Source: Geobacter sulfurreducens PCA (GTDB taxonomy: Bacteria > Desulfobacterota > Desulfuromonadia > Geobacterales > Geobacteraceae). Taken from it: a DNA stretch of 32,000 nt. The stretch is from NCBI RefSeq assembly GCF_000007985.2, contig NC_002939.5, positions 2,520,001 to 2,552,000 on the forward strand, written 5' to 3'. Every line of letters begins with the position of its first letter. The first letter of the stretch is position 1. The notes beneath the pieces are model-generated. The model did no database searches, had not been told where the DNA came from, and was given only the letters and a program-made list of their open reading frames with translations. The translations under genes were made by a program, and so were the position numbers. This document shows positions 1 to 6,767 of this stretch, piece by piece.

Positions 1-9
1 ATTATCATA

Positions 10-390
10 ATGTTGTACAAGATTATCTGTATGCGTACCGTGAGTATTTTCCATACCTGCCTTGCGGCAGTTCTGGCGACTGTCATTTTCATCTTCTCCA
101 CCGTCGGGTTCGGCGTGGCATGCCAACTGGTCGTCCCCAAGGTGGTCGACTCGTCCCACCATTACCACACTGACCGGCTCTGCCCCGCCGACAGCGAACG
201 GAACGACGGCAGCTCGACTCCGGCATCCGAATGCCCCTTGGCCCACGGAGACCTGCCCCCCTGCTGCGCGGATGAGACGATCCTTCCGGCCTATTGTCCG
301 TCCTTCGCCCTGCTCGATGTTCACGACCCCCTGAGAGCACCGCCCCAGGTCTACCTTGACTGGTTTGTCCCGCCCCAGAATCAGACCTGA
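10..390 (+). CDS. Small Cys/His-rich exported or membrane-anchored protein of unknown function (PPQVY-x4-VPPQN family, copy 1)
   Basis: 126-aa ORF with a hydrophobic N-terminal segment (AAVLATVIFIFSTVGFGVA), 8 Cys and an HHYH cluster. The C-terminal pattern CC...YCPS...PPQVYLDWFVPPQN is shared with the ORF at 2677..3024. The start could also be Met8 (nt 31). The promoter lies off-window. Confidence 0.5.
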   Translation: MLYKIICMRTVSIFHTCLAAVLATVIFIFSTVGFGVACQLVVPKVVDSSHHYHTDRLCPADSERNDGSSTPASECPLAHGDLPPCCADETILPAYCPSFALLDVHDPLRAPPQVYLDWFVPPQNQT

Positions 391-393
391 AGC

Positions 394-499
394 GAATCAG
401 CCTTTGGTGCCGTAACGTTCAGACCGGCCATGGGTCCATCGGGCCTGGTCAGATCAAGGCGGCACCAGCCGCCGGTATGTCGCCGGCCGAAGCTGATTC
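394..499 (+). ncRNA. Candidate structured leader RNA (nested helices forming a three-way junction) upstream of the HAD-nhaA pair
   Basis: Hand-checked complementarity. GAATCAGC 394-401 pairs with GCTGATTC 492-499. TTGGTGCCG 404-412 pairs with CGGCACCAG 460-468 (one G-U). GACCGGCC 422-429 pairs with GGCCTGGTC 442-450 (one bulged T). GCCGG 471-475 pairs with CCGGC 483-487. It sits in a 230-nt untranslated gap before the SD/ATG at 621. Confidence 0.25.
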
Positions 500-620
500 A
501 CCGTTTCTCCCCGTCCCTGTCAACCGATAGTGCGCTCGGCCGTTCTTTATCATTAATTTCGGCCGCAACAGCATTCCGGGAAACCGTCCGCCGCGGTCCC
601 GGGACAACGGAGGTGCAACG

Positions 621-1409
621 ATGCTTACTACAGATTCCCTTAAACGTCTCTGGATTTTCTCTTTCGACCGGACGCTCACCGCTGCCGGGGCCTGCTACTC
701 AAAGGCACGCCTGCACCGGGTGACACGCCAGTTTCTGGAAGAACTCGCCGCGCTTCCCGGCCACCGGGTTGCCGTTCTGTCCAGCCGTCCCCTTGACGAT
801 CTCGTTTCCCGCGTGCCGATCGAGGGCATTTACCTCGGCGGCAGCTGCGGAACCGAATGGCACATACCCGGCGGTGAATCAATGACCCTTTCGGGCAAGC
901 CCAAGGACATGCTGATGGAAACCCGCGATGCCCTGTTGCCGACACTGCGGGAAGTCGCCGACCTGCCGGGCGTGGAACTGGAGGACCGGCGCTGGTCCGC
1001 GGCACTCCACACGCAGGAGGCAAACACCAAGGCACGCCAGACGCTCTTCGCCCGGCTCGCTGCCGTTCTTAAGGGGTGGAGAGTGGCCCTTTACCGGAAT
1101 ACCACCATGGTGGAGATCCAGTTTCTTCCCGAGATCACCATGGCATTCGGCGCTCAGGCACTGTGCCGGTTCCTGGGATATCGCGGAGACGTGGTCTGCG
1201 CCGGCAGTGACGAGAACGATGCCACGGCACTGCGCTGGGCCCTCAATCAGGGGGGAACGGCGCTCAGCCTCGGCAGGGACCCGCTCGTGCCGGGGGCGCG
1301 GCCGGTAGTGGACGTGAGGTCCCTGGCCCGTCACGTTCGCGACCTGGCGGGAATCGACGAGCACCATCGGACGAGAATGGCGGGGCGCAGGCTCTGCAAT
1401 GCCGCATAG
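621..1409 (+). CDS. HAD-superfamily IIB, trehalose-phosphatase (OtsB)-like protein with a degenerate motif I
   Basis: GGAGG lies 7 nt upstream of the ATG. OtsB-like blocks are present: VAVLSSRPL, YLGGSCGTEW (compare GSHG) and GSDENDATAL (motif IV). Motif I reads FSFDRTL instead of (L)DFDGTL. Confidence 0.65.
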   Translation: MLTTDSLKRLWIFSFDRTLTAAGACYSKARLHRVTRQFLEELAALPGHRVAVLSSRPLDDLVSRVPIEGIYLGGSCGTEWHIPGGESMTLSGKPKDMLMETRDALLPTLREVADLPGVELEDRRWSAALHTQEANTKARQTLFARLAAVLKGWRVALYRNTTMVEIQFLPEITMAFGAQALCRFLGYRGDVVCAGSDENDATALRWALNQGGTALSLGRDPLVPGARPVVDVRSLARHVRDLAGIDEHHRTRMAGRRLCNAA

Positions 1410-1441
1410 CAGTCGTGCATGGCTGACTGAAAGGATAGGAT

Positions 1442-2590
1442 TTGAGAAAAAGGATCAACCTGCTGCGTGAATTTTCGGTGCCTCTGATCGCCGGTGTCGT
1501 GGTGGCCCTGCTCTGGGCCAACCTCGACCCGGCCGGCTACCACTCTTTCATAGAACAGCCCTTCTTCGGTGGGATGAGCTTCCACTTCGTGGTGAATGAG
1601 CTGTTCATGGTCCTTTTTTTCGGAATAGCGGCAGTTGAAATAACTCAAAGCTGCCTGCCGGGCGGCGATCTGAATCCGTTGAGAAAGGCGGTCAATCCGC
1701 TTCTGGCGACTCTTGGAGGGGTCGTCGGCCCGGTGCTCGTCTACCTGGGACTCAACGCCATCATCGGTGGTCCGGAACTGACGCGCGGCTGGGGTATCCC
1801 CACCGCCACCGATATCGCGCTGGCATGGCTGGTAGCCCGGCTCGTCTTCGGAGCCGGGCATCCCGCGGTATCGTTTCTGCTTCTGCTGGCGGTAGCGGAC
1901 GATGCCATAGGACTTGCCATCATTGCCGTATTCTATCCCGACCCGAACCACCCGACCGAGCCGATCTGGCTTTTCCTGACGGTCGCCGGCATGGTTGTCG
2001 CCTATATCCTCAGGAGCCTGAAATCAAGAAGCTACTGGCCCTATGTAGTCGTGGGAGGCGGACTTGCATGGACCGGCCTGTTCAAGGCCCACTTGCACCC
2101 AGCCCTCGCCCTCGTCTTCATCATTCCCTTCCTGCCGCATCCAAGCCGGGAAACGGCTCACCTGTTCGAGGCCGATCCGCGCGACACCTCGACCCTGGCC
2201 CGGTTCGAGCATGATTGGAAGATCGTCGTCGACTTCGGTCTCTTCATGTTCGGCCTTGCCAATGCGGGAGTCGGTTTTTCGTCCGTGGGGGCGGCAACCT
2301 GGCTCGTGCTGGCATCGCTCGTAATCGGCAAGACGCTCGGCATCTTTGCCATGGGATACGTTGGCAGGGCCCTCGGATTCCCCCTGCCGCAGCAGGTCGG
2401 CGCCAAGGAACTGGCCATGACGGGGCTGGTGGCGGGCATCGGCCTGACCGTGGCCCTGTTTGTGGCCGGTGTGGCATTTGTTGAACCGGACATCCAGGGG
2501 TCGGCCAAAATGGGGGCCCTTTTGTCGGGAGGTGTCTCCATTGTGGCGATCATGCTCGGAAGAGCGCTGAACGTGAGACGAATCCCCTGA
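1442..2590 (+). CDS. nhaA: Na+/H+ antiporter NhaA
   Basis: 382-aa polytopic membrane ORF with the NhaA signature blocks VNELFMVLFFGIAAVEI and GWGIPTATDIALAWLV. TTG start 32 nt after the HAD stop, so the two genes are likely co-transcribed. Confidence 0.9.
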   Translation: MRKRINLLREFSVPLIAGVVVALLWANLDPAGYHSFIEQPFFGGMSFHFVVNELFMVLFFGIAAVEITQSCLPGGDLNPLRKAVNPLLATLGGVVGPVLVYLGLNAIIGGPELTRGWGIPTATDIALAWLVARLVFGAGHPAVSFLLLLAVADDAIGLAIIAVFYPDPNHPTEPIWLFLTVAGMVVAYILRSLKSRSYWPYVVVGGGLAWTGLFKAHLHPALALVFIIPFLPHPSRETAHLFEADPRDTSTLARFEHDWKIVVDFGLFMFGLANAGVGFSSVGAATWLVLASLVIGKTLGIFAMGYVGRALGFPLPQQVGAKELAMTGLVAGIGLTVALFVAGVAFVEPDIQGSAKMGALLSGGVSIVAIMLGRALNVRRIP

Positions 2591-2610
2591 GCTGCCCGGC
2601 TAATTGCATC

Positions 2611-2638
2611 TTGACAAATGTACTGCCCTGTTTAAGAT
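2611..2638 (+). promoter_or_regulatory. Putative sigma70-type promoter (TTGACA-16 nt-TAAGAT) for the ORF at 2677
   Basis: TTGACA at 2611-2616, a 16-nt spacer and TAAGAT at 2633-2638, about 40 nt upstream of the ATG at 2677. Confidence 0.35.
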
Positions 2639-2676
2639 GCGAATGACACACGATCATCCGCGAAAGACACCGATCC

Positions 2677-3024
2677 ATGTACCGTCACGGTTGCCTGAAA
2701 CGAGCCAAGGCGCTCCTGCTGCTTATCGTCGCACTCCATGTGACGGGTTACTCGCTCATGCTCAGGGATCAGGCCTTTGCCCCCCTCCAGGAGCAGATTA
2801 CCTTCTGCTGCAGCGCCAACATCGAGGCGGACGACGCCCAGACGGATATTGACGACTTCAAGCCGCCGAAGCATTCGTTTATCGACTACACCACCTACTT
2901 CTGCCCCAGCCGGCTCGTTCCCATCTACCAGCCCAGTGAATCCCGCCTTGTGTTCGCTGAACCGTTCCGGCTGCCACCACAGGTGTATCCGGAAATTTCC
3001 GTCCCTCCCCAGAACGTCGCCTGA
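2677..3024 (+). CDS. Small Cys-containing exported protein of unknown function (PPQVY-x4-VPPQN family, copy 2)
   Basis: 115-aa ORF with a signal-like N-terminus (KRAKALLLLIVALHV). The C-terminal pattern CC...FCPS...PPQVYPEISVPPQN has the same spacing as the ORF at 10..390. No strong SD is visible. Confidence 0.5.
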   Translation: MYRHGCLKRAKALLLLIVALHVTGYSLMLRDQAFAPLQEQITFCCSANIEADDAQTDIDDFKPPKHSFIDYTTYFCPSRLVPIYQPSESRLVFAEPFRLPPQVYPEISVPPQNVA

Positions 3025-3195
3025 CGCATCGCCGCTACCAGAGTAACTGCAGCAACGCATAATCGTTCCCAGCGCAGTGCACGTGACAGGGGAGGTTTGC
3101 CATTGTCCGTCCGTGCCTTCGCATGCGTGCGCCCGGCATGTCTTCGTCGGCCGCAATCGCACAATTACATGCCCATGACACTCAAGGAGAATCCA

Positions 3196-3759
3196 ATGAA
3201 ATACGTGCATGCCACGCTTCTCGTCGCCTTCAGCATCGCCTGTGCCGCTGGTTGCGCCAAAAAAGAACTCGTCGTTCCGGAACCGGCGGTCGTCTCCGCA
3301 CCGGCTCAGCTCCCAGCCACGGAAACTGTCGCGCCGCCGGCAACGACTATTGACGCACACGAATCCATCGCCGCAACGGACATTGCCGAGGATCGCATCA
3401 CCCCGGCCGGTAATGCTACCCAAGCGAGTCCCCTGAAAATCGTCTACTTCGACTTTGACGCCTGGGTCCTCAATGGTGAGGCCCGCGAAATCCTGGCCGG
3501 CAATGCCGAGTGGCTCCGGAAGAACCCCGGGGTGGCGGTCATCCTCGAAGGGCATACCGACGAACGGGGGTCCGATGCCTACAACCTCGCCCTGGGGGAG
3601 CAGCGGGCCAAATCGGCAATGAAGTACCTGCAGACGCTCGGGATCGATGCCGGTCGCATGACCGTGGTGAGCTATGGAGAAGAGAAGCCCGCTGTCGAGG
3701 GCCACGATGAGTCAGCCTGGGCCGGAAATCGGCGCGTCGAGTTCATCCCCAAACGCTGA
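3196..3759 (+). CDS. OmpA-family peptidoglycan-associated lipoprotein (Pal-like)
   Basis: AAGGAGA SD lies upstream of the ATG at 3196. Lipoprotein signal MKYVHATLLVAFSIACAAGC. C-terminal OmpA-like domain (FDFDAWVL..., GHTDERGSDAYNLALGEQRA, NRRVEF). The 3097 start in the ORF track is an upstream extension. Confidence 0.85.
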   Translation: MKYVHATLLVAFSIACAAGCAKKELVVPEPAVVSAPAQLPATETVAPPATTIDAHESIAATDIAEDRITPAGNATQASPLKIVYFDFDAWVLNGEAREILAGNAEWLRKNPGVAVILEGHTDERGSDAYNLALGEQRAKSAMKYLQTLGIDAGRMTVVSYGEEKPAVEGHDESAWAGNRRVEFIPKR

Positions 3760-3784
3760 TCAGCCTATTCATAAGGAGCTAGCT

Positions 3785-4336
3785 ATGGAAAAAGTCGAAA
3801 CATCGAGCGCACCCGGCACTCTCGCCGACCGCTCGCCGCTGGTGGGAATCCTGACCGGGAGCCCCAATGATCTGCCCACGGTGGTGAAGGTGCGCGACAC
3901 CCTGACCGAGCTCGGCATCCCGAGCGAGATCGTGGTGGCTTCGGCCCACCGGACCCCCGACAAGGTCCTCGCCTACCTGGACCGGGCCCATAAGGAAGGG
4001 GTGCAGGTACTGATCGGCTGCGCCGGCGTGGCCGCTCACCTGGCGGGTGTAATCGCCGGGCACACGAGATTGCCGGTCATCGGTTTGCCGCTCGGCAACG
4101 GCCCCTTGTCAGGGATGGACAGCCTCCTCTCGACCGTGCAGATGCCCCCGGGCGTGCCGGTTGCCACGGTGGCCATCGACGGGAGCCGCAATGCGGCCAT
4201 GCTGGCGGCCCGCATTCTGGCCCTCAAGTACCCGGAGATTGACAAGGCCCTGGAAGAGGCGGCTCGGAAGGAGCGGGAGCGCTACGACCTGACCGCCGAT
4301 GAGGCCCTGGCAAAACTCACCTCGTGCGTCAAGTAA
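3785..4336 (+). CDS. purE: N5-carboxyaminoimidazole ribonucleotide mutase (class I PurE)
   Basis: [20 protein letters not shown] (class I type), [17 protein letters not shown] and LPVIGLP blocks. AAGGAG SD lies before the ATG at 3785. Confidence 0.9.
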   Translation: MEKVETSSAPGTLADRSPLVGILTGSPNDLPTVVKVRDTLTELGIPSEIVVASAHRTPDKVLAYLDRAHKEGVQVLIGCAGVAAHLAGVIAGHTRLPVIGLPLGNGPLSGMDSLLSTVQMPPGVPVATVAIDGSRNAAMLAARILALKYPEIDKALEEAARKERERYDLTADEALAKLTSCVK

Positions 4337-4389
4337 TGAAGGAGAGAACGCGCGGCGCCCTTTCCCGGGCGCCGCGCCATGGAGGCACT

Positions 4390-5025
4390 ATGAAGGACAT
4401 CGAACGCTTCATCGCAGGATTCCGCCGGTTCAGAGAGGATTATTTCGGTTCGGAATACTCACCCTTCGAACACCTTAAGCAGGGGCAAAGCCCCAAGACC
4501 ATGATCATCGGCTGTTCCGATTCCCGGGTCGATCCGGCCATCCTGACCGACTGTGCGCCTGGCGACATCTTCACCGTTCGCAACGTGGCCAACCTGGTCC
4601 CCCCCTTCGAGGAAAACGGCGGGCTTCACGGGGTAAGTGCGGCATTGGAATTCGCGGTCTGCCACCTGGGGGTCGAGCATATCATCGTACTTGGGCACTC
4701 CCAGTGCGGCGGCATTAACGCCCTCATGAAAGGAACCTGCGGCTGCAAGGGGGGAGGGTTTATCTCCCGCTGGATGTCAATCGCCACGCCCGCCCGCGAA
4801 CGGGTCCTGGCGGAGCTGCCGGAAAAGGATACGGCCCTCCAGCAGCGGGCCGCCGAGCAGGCCGCCATCCTCCTCTCTCTGGAAAATCTCCACTCCTTCC
4901 CTTGGATCGACGAGCGGGTGGTACGGGGGGAACTCACTCTGCATGGGTGGTATTTCGATATCTCAGCTGGTGAACTGCTCGAATATCGATCCGAAACCGG
5001 ATTATTCGAAAAAGTCTCTAAATAA
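4390..5025 (+). CDS. Beta-class carbonic anhydrase
   Basis: CSDSRVDP and GHSQCGG zinc-ligand motifs. GGAGG SD lies before the ATG at 4390 (MKDIERF...). The 4324 start is an upstream extension that overlaps purE. Confidence 0.9.
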   Translation: MKDIERFIAGFRRFREDYFGSEYSPFEHLKQGQSPKTMIIGCSDSRVDPAILTDCAPGDIFTVRNVANLVPPFEENGGLHGVSAALEFAVCHLGVEHIIVLGHSQCGGINALMKGTCGCKGGGFISRWMSIATPARERVLAELPEKDTALQQRAAEQAAILLSLENLHSFPWIDERVVRGELTLHGWYFDISAGELLEYRSETGLFEKVSK

Positions 5026-5142
5026 CAGAGCATTTCTGGGAACTGATTTTCTCCGTGATCGTCGGTGAATACCGGCGAACCAGCCGGGTAGCCGCTGCCA
5101 GATATTAGCCACCACTCATCAGACCAAGAGGAAGCGAACGGA

Positions 5143-6483
5143 ATGAATATAGAAAAAGGGTTCGACAAGATCGTCAAGACCCTGCGTGTCATGATTACCG
5201 ATCAGCCCGGCTACCTGGGGCGCCTGACCACTGCCATCGGCTCCGAAGGGGGCAACATCGGCGACATACGCCTCATCAGTTCGGGGCTTACCCACAACAT
5301 TCGGGAGATTACCGTCTATGTGGACAACGACCAGCATCTGGAAATGATCCTCAAAGCCGTTGCCGCGGTTGAAGGGGTCATTGTCGAAGAGGTGATCGAC
5401 CGGGTGCAGCAGGTTCACGAAGGGGGCAAGATTGCCGTCAGGAGCAGGGTTGAGATTAAGACCATCGGCGATGTGCGGAAAATCTACACCCCGGGGGTGG
5501 CCTCCATCTGCCGCCAGATCCAGCAGAAGCCCCGGCTCGCCGACACCTATACCGCCATCGGCAACACCGTGGCCATCGTCACCAACGGCACCGCCATCCT
5601 CGGCCTGGGGGACATCGGCCCAGTGGCCGGCATGCCGGTCATGGAGGGGAAGGCGGTGCTCTTCGACCACCTCGTGGGGATTTCCGGCGTCCCAATCCTG
5701 CTAAGAAGCAAAAACGTGGACCATATCGTGGACACTATCTGGCATCTGGCTCCCACATTCGGGGCCATCAAGCTGGAGGACATCGCGGCACCGGACTGCT
5801 TCGAGATCGAGCGGCGGCTCGTGGAGATGCTGGACATTCCTGTCATGCACGATGACCAGCACGGCACGGCAGTGGTGGTGCTGGCGTCACTGCTGAACGC
5901 AACCCGTTTCACCGGCACCAGGCTGCAGAATGCCACGATCGGAATCATCGGCCTGGGGGCGGCCGGCACCGGCATCGCCAAGCTGCTCATGGCCTACGGG
6001 GTGAAAAAAGTGGTCGGCACCGATCTCAATCCCGGCGCCATGGAGATGCTGCAGACTCTGGGAGGAGAACCGACTAATCTGGCAGGGGTCATGGAGCGCG
6101 CCCAGGTGGTAATCGCCACCACCGGCTGCCCCGGGCTCATCAAACCCGACATGGTGAAACAGGGGCAGGTGATTCTGGCCCTCTCCAATCCGGATGCCGA
6201 GATTAAACCGCAGGATGCCATGACGGCCGGGGCATCCTTTGCCGCCGACGGCAAGAGCATCAACAACGCCCTCGCTTTCCCCGGCATCTTCCGGGGAGCC
6301 CTCGACGCCCGTGCCAGCAGAATCAACAACCGGATGCTCATTGCCGCGGCCAAGGCCATCGCCTCACACGCCGAAGAGGGTGAGCTGGTGCCGGGCATCC
6401 TCAACCGGAACGTCCACCTGGCCGTAGCTGAAGCGGTGGCAAGGGCGGCAGCAGAGACAGGAGTCATCAAACCCCGCAATTAG
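5143..6483 (+). CDS. NAD(P)-dependent malic enzyme with an N-terminal ACT domain
   Basis: ACT-like N-terminus (LRVMITDQPGYLGRLTTAIGSEGGNIGDI), then malic-enzyme blocks (VAIVTNGTAILGLGDIGP, MPVMEGKAVLF, FGAIKLEDI, HDDQHGTA, GLGAAGTGIA). Confidence 0.9.
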   Translation: MNIEKGFDKIVKTLRVMITDQPGYLGRLTTAIGSEGGNIGDIRLISSGLTHNIREITVYVDNDQHLEMILKAVAAVEGVIVEEVIDRVQQVHEGGKIAVRSRVEIKTIGDVRKIYTPGVASICRQIQQKPRLADTYTAIGNTVAIVTNGTAILGLGDIGPVAGMPVMEGKAVLFDHLVGISGVPILLRSKNVDHIVDTIWHLAPTFGAIKLEDIAAPDCFEIERRLVEMLDIPVMHDDQHGTAVVVLASLLNATRFTGTRLQNATIGIIGLGAAGTGIAKLLMAYGVKKVVGTDLNPGAMEMLQTLGGEPTNLAGVMERAQVVIATTGCPGLIKPDMVKQGQVILALSNPDAEIKPQDAMTAGASFAADGKSINNALAFPGIFRGALDARASRINNRMLIAAAKAIASHAEEGELVPGILNRNVHLAVAEAVARAAAETGVIKPRN

Positions 6484-6521
6484 TACCACCGACCACCTTC
6501 GCAGTCCTCCCCACTCCCAAC

Positions 6522-6545
6522 AGACCCGCCGACTTCGGCGGGTCT
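6522..6545 (+). terminator. GC-rich stem-loop after the malic enzyme gene (possible terminator, no U-tract)
   Basis: AGACCCGCCG-ACTT-CGGCGGGTCT is a perfect 10-bp stem. It is followed by CACATTC, not a T-run. Confidence 0.4.
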
Positions 6546-6583
6546 CACATTCAACCTTCATCCGAGCTGCTTGCCGACCGAGT

Positions 6584-6664
6584 GATTATGCCTGCGTGCC
6601 GGCTAGTTTCGCAGTCAATCCAGGCTCTGGTCCCTCCTTCGATACCGGAGACACAGGCATAATC
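6584..6664. repeat. 11-bp perfect inverted repeat separated by 59 nt
   Basis: GATTATGCCTG at 6584-6594 and CAGGCATAATC at 6654-6664. It lies immediately upstream of the AT-rich island. Confidence 0.4.
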
Positions 6665-6695
6665 CAGCAATATATGTGGTATTTATAATTAATGC

Positions 6696-6724
6696 TTGCT
6701 ATGTGGATATTAGATGGAATAATA
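6696..6724 (+). promoter_or_regulatory. Putative sigma70-type promoter (TTGCTA-17 nt-ATAATA) inside the AT-rich island, for the sulfur operon
   Basis: TTGCTA at 6696-6701, a 17-nt spacer and ATAATA at 6719-6724. AAGGAGG SD at about 6753 and GTG start at 6768. Confidence 0.25.
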
Positions 6725-6767
6725 ACTCATAAATATTTGCATATATTCTTCCAAGGAGGGTTATCAC

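Noticed and set aside
430-723. 97-aa ORF inside the leader region that overlaps the HAD gene start
   Set aside because: It has no SD, an Arg/Ser/Pro-rich translation and an overlap with the better-supported HAD ORF. The region is better explained as structured untranslated RNA.
3097-4389. Upstream-extended starts in the ORF track for Pal (3097), PurE (3674) and carbonic anhydrase (4324)
   Set aside because: Internal ATGs at 3196, 3785 and 4390 are preceded by good Shine-Dalgarno sequences. They begin at the expected family N-termini (lipoprotein signal, VGILTGS, MKDIERF). The extensions overlap upstream genes or lack coding character.
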